From NCBI GenBank assembly GCA_014799915.1, contig JAAVHD010000015.1, positions 14,367 to 70,495 on the forward strand: a stretch of DNA of 56,129 nucleotides. Reading direction: 5' to 3'. How positions within the stretch are numbered: position 1 is the first letter of the stretch; each line of letters begins with the position of its first letter. This DNA comes from Oscillibacter sp. GTDB taxonomy: Bacteria > Bacillota > Clostridia > Oscillospirales > Oscillospiraceae. Of the stretch, positions 17,470-26,056 are shown one piece after another. A program made the translations under genes and the position numbers. Under the pieces are notes generated by a model. The model searched no databases. It was given only the letters and a program-made list of their open reading frames with translations, and was not told the DNA's origin.

Positions 17470-18126
17470 TTATACGCCGGTGGCCCGCTCCTGCTTGACC
17501 TTGTGGTCGATCACATGCCGGGAAGCCAGCTCTTTCATGACATCATCCACGGAGATGCCCATTTCCACCATCAGCACCATCACATGGTACATCAAGTCGG
17601 CGATCTCATAGATGGTCTCCGGCTTGTCCTCGGCCTTGCCCGCGATGATGACCTCGGTGGACTCCTCGCCAACCTTTTTCAGGATCTTGTCCAGGCCCTT
17701 CTGGAAGAGGTAGGTGGTGTAGGACCCCTCCGGCAGCGTCTCCTTCCGGCCTTGCAGCAGTGCATACAGCCCCTCCACCGAGAAGGGGGCGGGCTGACCG
17801 TCGTTTACAAAAACCTTGTCGTTGAAGCAGGAATCCGTCCCCAGATGGCAGGCGGGCCCCTCCTTGTTCACCGTGACCATCAGAGCGTCCCGGTCACAGT
17901 CGGCGGTGATGTCTACGATGTGCTGAATGTTGCCGCTGGTCTCGCCCTTGCGCCACAGCTCCTGCCGGGACCGGGACCAGAAGCAGGTCCGGCCCTCCTG
18001 TATGGAGATCTCCAGGCTCTCCCGGTTCATGTAGGCCAGAGTCAGCACCTTTTTGCTCTGCGCGTCCACCACAATGGCGGGGATCAGGCCGTGGCCGTTG
18101 AATTTCAGTTCGTCGATGTTGAGCAT
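17470..18126 (-). CDS. hisIE: Bifunctional phosphoribosyl-AMP cyclohydrolase / phosphoribosyl-ATP pyrophosphatase
   Basis: 218 aa. The HisI part has GLIPAIVVD...TLAYMN...[18 protein letters not shown]. The HisE part has [17 protein letters not shown]. Last gene of the his operon. Confidence 0.9.
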   Translation of the reverse strand: MLNIDELKFNGHGLIPAIVVDAQSKKVLTLAYMNRESLEISIQEGRTCFWSRSRQELWRKGETSGNIQHIVDITADCDRDALMVTVNKEGPACHLGTDSCFNDKVFVNDGQPAPFSVEGLYALLQGRKETLPEGSYTTYLFQKGLDKILKKVGEESTEVIIAGKAEDKPETIYEIADLMYHVMVLMVEMGISVDDVMKELASRHVIDHKVKQERATGV

Positions 18127-18137
18127 ACTGCTTCTCC

Positions 18138-18896
18138 TTACAATCTCATAATAATGCCGTCATCAGCCAGTTCCCGCTTCAGATCCGGGATGGCTACCTC
18201 GCCAAAATGGAAGATCGAGGCCGCCAGCCCCGCATCCACTTTGGGCAGGGCATGGAACAGCGTCTTGAAGTGATCCGCGCACCCGGCCCCGCCGGAGGCA
18301 ATCACCGGCACGTCTACCATGTCGCAGATGGCTTGCAGCATTTCCAGATCGAACCCGTTTTTCACGCCGTCGGTGTCGATGCTGTTGAGAACGATTTCTC
18401 CAGCTCCATTGGTCACGCCGGACTTGATCCACTCGATGGCGTCCAGGCCGGTGTCCTCACGGCCACCCTTGGCGAATACACGGAACTGGCCGTCCACCCG
18501 CTTGGCGTCCACGGACAGCACCACGCACTGGTCGCCGTACTTCTTCGCCGCCGCCGGGATCAGGGAGGGGTCCCGGAGGGCCCCGGAGTTGACGCTGACC
18601 TTGTCCGCCCCGCATTTCAGTACACGGTCGAAGTCGTCCACCGTGTTGATGCCGCCGCCCACGGTCAGGGGGATGAAGATGGTGGAGGCCACCTCCGTCA
18701 GGATGTCCGTGAACAATGCCCGGCCTTCGGCGGATGCGGTGATGTCGTAAAACACCAGCTCGTCCGCGCCGCAGTCGGAGTAGAACTTCGCCAGCTTCAC
18801 CGGGGAGCTGACGTCCGCCAGCCCCAGAAAATTGACGCCTTTGACCACCCGTCCGTCCTTTACGTCCAGGCAGGGGATAATGCGTTTCGTAATCAC
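18138..18896 (-). CDS. hisF: Imidazole glycerol phosphate synthase cyclase subunit
   Basis: [23 protein letters not shown]...GADKVSVNS...ASGGAG are canonical HisF motifs. Confidence 0.92.
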   Translation of the reverse strand: MITKRIIPCLDVKDGRVVKGVNFLGLADVSSPVKLAKFYSDCGADELVFYDITASAEGRALFTDILTEVASTIFIPLTVGGGINTVDDFDRVLKCGADKVSVNSGALRDPSLIPAAAKKYGDQCVVLSVDAKRVDGQFRVFAKGGREDTGLDAIEWIKSGVTNGAGEIVLNSIDTDGVKNGFDLEMLQAICDMVDVPVIASGGAGCADHFKTLFHALPKVDAGLAASIFHFGEVAIPDLKRELADDGIIMRL

Positions 18897-19612
18897 TGCG
18901 GACCTCCTTCCTGGACGGCCTGGGCAAGATCAACGGCCCCGGCGTACCACGCTTTGCCTACGATGGCGGCGTAGAGGCCACGGTCCCTGAGCTTAAGCAG
19001 ATCCTCGTTGGAGGATACCCCGCCGGAGGCGGTGATGGAGCAGGAAACTGCCTTTTGCAGTGTTTCCAGCCGATCAAAAGAAGGGCCGGAGAGGGTTCCG
19101 TCGGTGTCAATATCTGTAAAGATAATATACTTTACTCCAATTGATTCCATTTGCTTTGCGAACTCCAAATAGTCCAATCCGGCGTTTTCCACCCATCCGG
19201 CAGTGCGGACCAAGCCATCCTTTGTGTCGATGCCAACGGCGATGCGCTCGGGGCCATATTTTTGTACTGCTTCCTGGACAAACTCCGGGTCAGAAACGGC
19301 GGCGGACCCGATAACTGCCCGCCAGACGCCCAGTGCGAACACCGCCTCCAGATCCGCCATGGACCGGATGCCGCCGCCCAACTCAATCTTCAATCCAACG
19401 TCCGCCACCGCCTGTACGATGGCGGCGTTTTTTCTTGCGCCGTCTTTGGCTCCGTCCAGATCTACCATGTGGAGATACCGTGCTCCGGCGGCGTAGAAGG
19501 TTTTGGCAGTCTCTACCGGACTGTCCGCCACCTGATGGACGGTGGCAAAGTCGCCCTTGTAGAGCCGGACCACCTTGCCGTCCTTTAAGTCAATCGCGGG
19601 AAAAATCAACAT
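18893..19612 (-). CDS. hisA: ProFAR isomerase
   Basis: MLIFPAIDLKDGKVVRLYKGDF...LHMVDLDGA are canonical HisA motifs. 4-nt overlap with hisF. Confidence 0.9.
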   Translation of the reverse strand: MLIFPAIDLKDGKVVRLYKGDFATVHQVADSPVETAKTFYAAGARYLHMVDLDGAKDGARKNAAIVQAVADVGLKIELGGGIRSMADLEAVFALGVWRAVIGSAAVSDPEFVQEAVQKYGPERIAVGIDTKDGLVRTAGWVENAGLDYLEFAKQMESIGVKYIIFTDIDTDGTLSGPSFDRLETLQKAVSCSITASGGVSSNEDLLKLRDRGLYAAIVGKAWYAGAVDLAQAVQEGGPQ

Positions 19613-19624
19613 AGCTTTCCCTCC

Positions 19625-20242
19625 TTACAGTTCGCAGAACGCCCGCAGGATGTTTAGCCCCACGTTCCCGCTTTTTTCCGGATGGAACTGTACGCCGTAG
19701 ACATTGTCCTTTGCTACCGCCGCTGTCAGTTCGGCTCCGTACTCTGCCGAGGCAATGACGCTTTCCCCACATTCCGCGCCGCAAAAGGAGTGGACGAAGT
19801 ACACGCAGTCCCCCTCGTGAATGTGCCGGAACAGCGGGCTGACTGGCTTTCCGGCAGGGAAATGGAGGGCGTTCCAGCCGATATGTGGAATCTTATAGCC
19901 CACCGGGATATAGTCCGCAATAGGCCGCACGGAGCCGGGAATCAGCCCCAGTCCCTCATGCCGTCCGTACTCCAGGCTGTAGTCAAACAGCAGCTGCATT
20001 CCCAGGCAGATACCTAAAAGCGGTTTCCCGCTTCCCGTCTCCTCACAGACCAATTTATCCAGGCCGTCCTGGCGCAGCAGCTCCGCCGCATCGCCAAAGG
20101 CCCCCACGCCGGGGAGGATCAGCTTGTCCGCATCCCGGATGACTGCCGGGTCTCCGGTGACCACCGTCTCTGCCCCGATGGCGGCGAAGGAGCTTTTCAA
20201 GGAAAACAGGTTTCCAACGCCGTAGTCAATGATGGCAATCAA
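19625..20242 (-). CDS. hisH: Imidazole glycerol phosphate synthase glutamine amidotransferase subunit
   Basis: MIAIIDYGVGNLFS...LPGVGAFG...GICLGMQLL...HIGWN...GVQFHPEKS are class I GATase/HisH motifs. Confidence 0.92.
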   Translation of the reverse strand: MIAIIDYGVGNLFSLKSSFAAIGAETVVTGDPAVIRDADKLILPGVGAFGDAAELLRQDGLDKLVCEETGSGKPLLGICLGMQLLFDYSLEYGRHEGLGLIPGSVRPIADYIPVGYKIPHIGWNALHFPAGKPVSPLFRHIHEGDCVYFVHSFCGAECGESVIASAEYGAELTAAVAKDNVYGVQFHPEKSGNVGLNILRAFCEL

Positions 20243-20830
20243 TTACAGCACCCCCTTGGTGGAGGGGATTTCCTGGGAAAACCGGGAGTCAATAGCAACT
20301 GCCGCCGCCAGGGAACGGGCCAGACTCTTGAAAGCGCCCTCAATGATGTGGTGGCTGTTGTTTCCCGCCAGCTGCCGGATGTGGAGGGTCATATCTCCCC
20401 GGCGGGCCAGGGCGATGAAGAACTCCTCCGCCAGCTCTGTGTCAAAGGTGCCTACCTTCTGGGTGGGGATGTGCAGGTCGTAGCACAGCATCCCTCGTCC
20501 GGAGAGGTCCACGGCGGTGAGGATCAGCGCCTCGTCCATGGGCAGGAGCATGGAGCCGTAGCGCACCACGCCCCGCTTGTCGCCCAGCGCCTGGGCAAAG
20601 GCGTTCCCCAGGCAGATGCCGATGTCCTCAACTGTGTGGTGGTCGTCCACATAGGTGTCGCCCTTGCACTGGACGGACAGGTCGAACCGCCCATGGCGGG
20701 CAAACAGGGTCAGCATATGGTCTAAAAATCCGCATCCGGTGGCGATCTGGCTCAATCCGGTGCCATCCAGATCCAGACGCAGGCGGATGTCGGTCTCCGC
20801 CGTGGTACGGCTCAGTTCAGCAACGCGCAT
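20243..20830 (-). CDS. hisB: Imidazoleglycerol-phosphate dehydratase
   Basis: RTTAETDI...GFLDHML...DDHHTVEDIGI...HHIIEGAFKSLARSL are canonical IGPD motifs. Confidence 0.92.
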   Translation of the reverse strand: MRVAELSRTTAETDIRLRLDLDGTGLSQIATGCGFLDHMLTLFARHGRFDLSVQCKGDTYVDDHHTVEDIGICLGNAFAQALGDKRGVVRYGSMLLPMDEALILTAVDLSGRGMLCYDLHIPTQKVGTFDTELAEEFFIALARRGDMTLHIRQLAGNNSHHIIEGAFKSLARSLAAAVAIDSRFSQEIPSTKGVL

Positions 20831-21897
20831 CAGCCCACCTCCTTCAAAATTTCACGGACCTTCTCCAGAAGCACGTCCATCTGCTCCCGGGACCCGATGG
20901 TCACCCGGCACCAGTCGGCGATCTCGGGCTTATCCCAGTGCCGCACCAGCACGCCCTTGGCCTTCAGCTCCCGGTAAATTGTACCGCCGTCAACGGTCTT
21001 GCAGCGGGTGAAGATGAAATTGGCCTTGCTGGGCAGGGTCTCAAAGCCCAGCTTACCCAGTTCCTCCACGGTGTAAGCGCGGTTGGCCTGGATGATCCTG
21101 CTGTTGTTTACATAATATTCGTCATTCTCAATGGTAGCGACAGCTGCTGCCATGGTCAGACGGTTGATGTTGTAGGAGTTGGTGGAGTACTTGATCTTGT
21201 CCAGGTCCTCGATCAGCGCCGGACTGCCGATGGCGAAGCCCAGCCGTCCGCCCGCCAGGGAGCGGAATTTTGAAAACGTCTGGCATACCAGCAGGTTCTC
21301 ATACTTCTCCACCAGCGGCAGGCAGCTCTCGCCGCCGAAGTCGATGTACGCCTCGTCGATCATGACCACGTGGTTCGGGTTGCTCTTGACGATCTTCTCG
21401 ATCTCGTCCACGCTGATGATCCGCCCGGTGGGGGCGTTGGGGTTTGCGATGACGACATTTTTCCCAATGCCGCAGTAGTCCTCCGGCTCCAGACGAAAGT
21501 CCTCCCGCAAGGGGATCGCGTCATAGGGCAGGCGGTAGAGGTTGGCGTAAACCGGATAGAAGCCGTAGCTGACGGCGGGAAAGGCCACCGGCTTCTCCTC
21601 GTCGCAGAAGGTCATGAAGAAGAAGTTCAGCAGCTCGTCGGAGCCGTTGGCGAGAAAGACGTTCTCCAGTTTCACCCCGTAGTGCTTGGCCAGGGTTTCC
21701 CGCAGGACCTTGCCCTCGGGGTCGGGGTAGAGGTTCAGGTGATTGATCTCCGCCGCGTTCACCGCTTCCAGTACCGCCGGAGCAGGGGGGAAGGGGGACT
21801 CGTTGGTATTCAGCTTGACGTACTGCATATCCTGGGGCTGCTCCCCGGGGACATATGCTTCCAGTGTGTCGAAGCGCTTACTGATAAATTTGCTCAT
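20830..21897 (-). CDS. hisC: Histidinol-phosphate aminotransferase
   Basis: 355 aa class II aminotransferase (LNTNESPFPP...YPDP...NPNAPTG...TFSKFRSLAGGRLG). Confidence 0.9.
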   Translation of the reverse strand: MSKFISKRFDTLEAYVPGEQPQDMQYVKLNTNESPFPPAPAVLEAVNAAEINHLNLYPDPEGKVLRETLAKHYGVKLENVFLANGSDELLNFFFMTFCDEEKPVAFPAVSYGFYPVYANLYRLPYDAIPLREDFRLEPEDYCGIGKNVVIANPNAPTGRIISVDEIEKIVKSNPNHVVMIDEAYIDFGGESCLPLVEKYENLLVCQTFSKFRSLAGGRLGFAIGSPALIEDLDKIKYSTNSYNINRLTMAAAVATIENDEYYVNNSRIIQANRAYTVEELGKLGFETLPSKANFIFTRCKTVDGGTIYRELKAKGVLVRHWDKPEIADWCRVTIGSREQMDVLLEKVREILKEVG

Positions 21898-21930
21898 GAT
21901 CAGAATTCTCCTTTTCAGAGGGGCCCCCCA

Positions 21931-22046
21931 GCAGGGCGATAGCCCTGCGGCAATAAAGAACCCCAGAGGATGACAGGCAAAGCGGAGCTTTGCCGCAAAA
22001 AGTTTTTCTTTTTGATACTTTTTCTTTGTTCACAAAGAAAAAGTAT
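21931..22046. repeat. Hairpin train inserted between hisD and hisC
   Basis: Three hairpins: gcagggc-gata-gccctgc (21931-21948), ggcaaagc-gga-gctttgcc (21976-21994), and a 14-15 bp stem atactttttctttg / caaagaaaaagtat (22015-22046). They fill a 156-nt gap in an otherwise tightly packed operon. Confidence 0.75.
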
Positions 22047-22053
22047 GACTGCC

Positions 22054-23325
22054 TTACTCCGCGCTCCGCGTCAGCGCGCTGCGGGCGTGGGCTTCCAGGC
22101 TCTCCTGACGGGCAAAAGCGGCGACTTTGGGCGCGGCCTCTGCCATGGCTTCGCTGGAATAGTAGATGAACTGGGATTTTTTTACAAATTCCTCCACCGA
22201 TAGCGGGCCGGAGAACCGCGCGGTGCCGTAAGTCGGCAGGGTGTGGTTTGCGCCCGCGAAGTAGTCTCCCAGCGCCTCCGGCGTGCTGCGGCCCAGGAAG
22301 ATGGACCCGGCGTTTTTCACTTGGCCGAGGTAGTCAAAGGGATTGTCAACGCACAGCTCCAGGTGTTCCGGAGCCAGGGCGTTGGCGATGCGGACGGCTT
22401 CCGGGATGTCCCTGGTGAGGATGATCTTTCCGTTTTTCTCCAAAGACGCCTGGGCAGTCGCCTTTGTGGGCAATGTTTCCAGCTGCTGCTCCATTTCCTG
22501 GACCACGGCCTGGGCCAGGGCGGAGGAATCGGTGACCAGAACGGCGCAGCCGCCGGTGTGCTCCGCCTGGCTCAGAAGGTCGGCGGCTGCATGGCGGGGA
22601 TCACTCTTTCCGTCGGCGATGACCAGAATGTCGCTGGGACCGGCGATCATATCAATGCCCACGATCCCGAAAACCTGCCGCTTGGCCTCTGCCACAAAGG
22701 CGTTGCCGGGGCCGACGACCTTATCCACTTTTGGCACGCTCTCCGTCCCGTAGGCCAGCGCCGCCACCGCCTGCGCCCCGCCGCAGCGGAATACCCGGTC
22801 CACGCCCGCGATCCGCGCGGCGGCCAGAATGGCGGGATGGATATCTCCATTACAGGTAGGAGGAGAGACCATCACGATCTCCGGGCACCCGGCAATCTTG
22901 GCAGGAATGCAGTCCATCAGCACAGTGGAGGGCAGGGGAGCAGTGCCGCCGGGGATATACACGCCGACCTTCTCAATAGGCGTGACCTTCTGCCCCAGCA
23001 CGACGCCGGGCTTGTCGTTGACGACAAACCCGTGCTGTACCTGACGCCGGTGGAAGGCGCGGATATTCTCCGCCGCTTCCTCCAGTACGGCCCGCAGCTC
23101 CGGGTCCATGTCCGCCAGAGCCTTATCCAGCAGCTCCTGAGGGACCTCCAGCGCGTCCGGCTCCGCTTTATCGAACTCCCTGGTGTACCGCAGCAGGGCG
23201 GCGTCGCCGTTCTGCCGCACATCATCAATGATCCCGGCTACAATGCCGGAGATGTCCCGTTTATCCTCTGTACGGCTCAGGATCTCAGAGAGGGAGACCT
23301 GCTCCGCGTCCAAAATCTTTATCAT
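22054..23325 (-). CDS. hisD: Histidinol dehydrogenase
   Basis: 423 aa. Motifs GVYIPGGTAPLPSTVLM, GPGNAFVAEAKR, QAEH and APEHLEL. Confidence 0.92.
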   Translation of the reverse strand: MIKILDAEQVSLSEILSRTEDKRDISGIVAGIIDDVRQNGDAALLRYTREFDKAEPDALEVPQELLDKALADMDPELRAVLEEAAENIRAFHRRQVQHGFVVNDKPGVVLGQKVTPIEKVGVYIPGGTAPLPSTVLMDCIPAKIAGCPEIVMVSPPTCNGDIHPAILAAARIAGVDRVFRCGGAQAVAALAYGTESVPKVDKVVGPGNAFVAEAKRQVFGIVGIDMIAGPSDILVIADGKSDPRHAAADLLSQAEHTGGCAVLVTDSSALAQAVVQEMEQQLETLPTKATAQASLEKNGKIILTRDIPEAVRIANALAPEHLELCVDNPFDYLGQVKNAGSIFLGRSTPEALGDYFAGANHTLPTYGTARFSGPLSVEEFVKKSQFIYYSSEAMAEAAPKVAAFARQESLEAHARSALTRSAE

Positions 23326-23331
23326 GGCAAT

Positions 23332-23964
23332 TTATCCTTTCTCGGCGAGTTCTTCCACCCGGCGGCAGAGCTCCACGATCTGTTCATGCTTGAATTTATA
23401 GCTGACCTTGTTGGCGATGAGTCGGGCGGAGATGGGCACGATGGTGGTTTTCGGCTCCAGATCGTTCTCCAGCAGTGTCTTTCCCGTCTCCACGATGTCC
23501 ACGATCACATCGCTGAGCCCCAGAATGGGGGCGATCTCGATAGAGCCGTTCAGATGGATGATGTCAATATCCCGGCTCATGGAGGCGTAGTACCCGCTGG
23601 CGATGCGGGGGAACTTGGTGGCTACCCGCAATACCCGGTCCGTCCGGTCCCGGAAATCCTTCTTCCCGGCCACGCACATCCGGCATTTGCCCAGCCCCAG
23701 GTCCGCCAGCTCGTAGACGTCCGGGGCGTACTCCAATAAAATATCCTTCCCGGCCACGCCGATGTCCGCCGCGCCCCGCTCCACGTAGATGGCCACGTCC
23801 GATGGCTTCACCCAGAAGTACCGGACCCCGGCCTCGGGGTTCTCGAAAATCAGCTTCCGGTTCTCCTCCTCGATGGAGGGGCATGGGTATCCGGCGGCCT
23901 TGAACCGGGCGTAGACCTTCTCGCCCAGCCGCCCCTTGGGCAGCGCCACACTTATCATATCCAT
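23332..23964 (-). CDS. hisG: ATP phosphoribosyltransferase, short form
   Basis: 210 aa (short HisG, needs HisZ). Motifs VALPKGRL, DIGVAGKD and ETGKTL. Confidence 0.9.
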   Translation of the reverse strand: MDMISVALPKGRLGEKVYARFKAAGYPCPSIEEENRKLIFENPEAGVRYFWVKPSDVAIYVERGAADIGVAGKDILLEYAPDVYELADLGLGKCRMCVAGKKDFRDRTDRVLRVATKFPRIASGYYASMSRDIDIIHLNGSIEIAPILGLSDVIVDIVETGKTLLENDLEPKTTIVPISARLIANKVSYKFKHEQIVELCRRVEELAEKG

Positions 23965-25067
23965 CAGTCCCGGCCCCCTTCCTCAAACCGGACTATCTCC
24001 CGGCAACGCAGTCCCTGGGGAATTTCCCGCTCCATGCGGACGGACTTTCCTTGAGCGATGAGAGACGCGGCCCTGGCCGCCACACCGGCGGGGTCCGCCT
24101 CCGGTCCGTAGAGCAGCAGCGTGTCCACATCGTACTCGCTGCCCTCGTCCAGCCGTTCCAGCTGATCGAGATACACCGCAAAGCCGATGGCCTGCCCGGT
24201 CTTGCCCATGCGGCGCAGCAGATTGTCGTACCGTCCCCCCGCCAGCACGCCGCTGGCCAGTCCCGGCAGATAGCCCCGGAAGATGATGCCGTTGTAGTAA
24301 CGCATGTCGTTGGCAATAGAGAAGTCCAGCCGCAGGCCGTCCAGCAGCCCCAGGCGCTCCATGATCCGGCACAGCCCTTCCAGCTCAGCCAGGGCCGATT
24401 TTGCCCGTCCGCCCACAGCCAATTCCTCCAGCTGTGGCAGTACCTGAGCGGGAGGTCCATACAGCTGTGCCAGACGGCACAGCCGGTCCGCCAGCTCCCG
24501 CTCCACGCCCGCCTGGGCGCACAGCCGGTCCAGGGCAGGCGCGTTCTTACGGCTCAGCTCCATGAGGAGCTGTTCCTTCACGCTCTCCTCCCGGACCTGC
24601 TCCAGCAGCCCGGATACCAGTCCCATATGCCCCAGGTCCAGCAGATACTCCCCGCCGCCCAGCAGCCGCAGACTCTCCGCTGCCAGTGCCAGCACCTCGC
24701 CCATGGCCGCCAGATCCAGCTCGCCGATGCACTCCAGCCCGGTCTGCATGATCTCCCGGAAGCCCAGTCCGGCGGAGGTGGTGCGGTAGACGTTCTCGTG
24801 GTAGTACACCTTATCCAGCCCGCCCGCCGGAGGCTGGGCGTTCTTGACGATGGAGAGGGTGACGTCCGGCTTGAGCGCCATCAGCCGCCCGTCGGTATCG
24901 GTAAAGGTCAGAATATTTTCACTGACCAGAAAACTCTTGTTTCTTACATATAAGTCATAAGGCTCGAACTTACTCATGCGGTAGGGCTGGTAGCCGTGGC
25001 GGTGGTACAGCTCCCTCAGCCGCAGCCCGCCCCGCTCGTCCGAGCGCCAGATCGGGGATTGCTCCAT
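23964..25067 (-). CDS. hisZ: ATP phosphoribosyltransferase regulatory subunit (HisRS paralogue)
   Basis: Class II aaRS-like motifs (YRMSKFEPYDLY, LKPDVTLSI, YYHENVYR). I prefer ATG 25067, preceded by aggaggg, over the listed TTG at 25115. 1-nt overlap with hisG. Confidence 0.85.
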   Translation of the reverse strand: MEQSPIWRSDERGGLRLRELYHRHGYQPYRMSKFEPYDLYVRNKSFLVSENILTFTDTDGRLMALKPDVTLSIVKNAQPPAGGLDKVYYHENVYRTTSAGLGFREIMQTGLECIGELDLAAMGEVLALAAESLRLLGGGEYLLDLGHMGLVSGLLEQVREESVKEQLLMELSRKNAPALDRLCAQAGVERELADRLCRLAQLYGPPAQVLPQLEELAVGGRAKSALAELEGLCRIMERLGLLDGLRLDFSIANDMRYYNGIIFRGYLPGLASGVLAGGRYDNLLRRMGKTGQAIGFAVYLDQLERLDEGSEYDVDTLLLYGPEADPAGVAARAASLIAQGKSVRMEREIPQGLRCREIVRFEEGGRD

Positions 25068-25136
25068 TGTGACCCTCCTGAAATCAGCCATAAGCGAAAC
25101 GTAGTTTCGCGACAATAAGTTCTTTTTTGATAGTAC

Positions 25137-25390
25137 GAATCAAGGGTTGACGGAAACTCCCGGGCGCTGTTTGCCGCATAGGCGGCAAATGCGCTTGAAA
25201 GCCGCGCAGTTTGGGATTGTGCTATGGAGAAGATTTTTTTGGGCGCGGCTTTTGGGGGATTCCGCACTCTGCGGAGTGCGGCCAGGGGCTCTGCCCTAGT
25301 GGGCCGCCGCGGGCGGCCCGACAGCTGGGGCGGCCAAAGGCCGCCTAACGCCTGGACTCCGCCACCTTTGAAAAGGTGGACGAAACTTTT
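25137..25390 (+). repeat. Multi-hairpin intergenic repeat, copy 2
   Basis: By eye about nine-tenths identical to copy 1. It lies between the yerC-like gene and hisZ, antisense to both. Confidence 0.9.
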
Positions 25391-25426
25391 ATGATACGGT
25401 TTGTCAAAACCTTGAGTCGTGTCAGC

Positions 25427-25714
25427 CTATTTCCCCTCAATCCGGTCCAACACCGTCTGATACCCGCCCGCACCGTAGGCGCAGCAGCGGTTGACGCGGC
25501 TGATAGTGGCGGTGCTGGCCCCGGTGTGCTGGGCGATGCGGCTGTATACCGTCTTTTCTCTGAGCAGCTTTGCTACCAGGATTCGCTGGGAACAGTCCTG
25601 GATCTCCTTACCGGTCATCAGATCCTCCAGAAAGGCCCGGCACTCCGCCTCCGTCTGAAGCGACAGGATCGCCTTGACCAGCAGCTCCGCGCCCTCTCCA
25701 TGAAATACCTCCAC
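25427..25714 (-). CDS. yerC: YerC/YecD-family TrpR-like DNA-binding protein (candidate histidine-operon regulator)
   Basis: 95 aa. AILSLQTEAECRAFLEDLMTGKEIQDCSQRILVAKLL....YSRIAQHTGASTATISRV matches the YerC/YecD family. GTG start after aagggggat. Confidence 0.75.
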   Translation of the reverse strand: MEVFHGEGAELLVKAILSLQTEAECRAFLEDLMTGKEIQDCSQRILVAKLLREKTVYSRIAQHTGASTATISRVNRCCAYGAGGYQTVLDRIEGK

Positions 25715-25779
25715 GGCTCATCCCCCTTTCCTTTGGAAGCACTGATGAAATCAGTTCCTTCTCACTTTTGCGCTTTAGC

Positions 25780-25808
25780 ATAGTAACATGATAGTGCAAA
25801 AAAGTCAA
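25780..25808 (-). promoter_or_regulatory. SigA-type promoter for yerC (and possibly the his operon)
   Basis: Minus strand TTGACT-17 nt-TACTAT. The leader contains the perfect palindrome ACTGATttcATCAGT (25741-25755). Confidence 0.5.
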
Positions 25809-26056
25809 GGAAGATAGAGATATGAATTATTCTGATTTTTTTTGATCAGAAGGCCCCGACTTGTGGCACATTTCACAAATTCAAAAGAAAGTGTTCGGTT
25901 AAATCGCCAATTTCTTCATTTTGCGCGGAAAAACGATCGGAACTGTGGACAAACTTGGTTCCTTTCATGTATAATGAAAACATGGGAGGCGCCCCTTACG
26001 GCCTCCCTCTGCCCGTCAGCCCGGGCAGGCAATCTGAGAGGAGGGGGGATGTCATA

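Noticed and set aside
25016-25267. ORFs through the 255-nt repeats that share the peptide SAFAAYAANSAREF (also 44964-45344, with a different frame and strand in copy 1)
   Set aside because: Conservation follows the nucleotide hairpins. The paired stem substitutions change the peptide, the strand and frame are inconsistent between copies, and there are no RBSs. Not coding.
25068-25426. Possible T-box leader upstream of hisZ
   Set aside because: There is no specifier-loop/AGAGA/T-box (GGGTGGTACCGCG-like) arrangement on the his strand. The spacer is essentially repeat copy 2 in antisense orientation.
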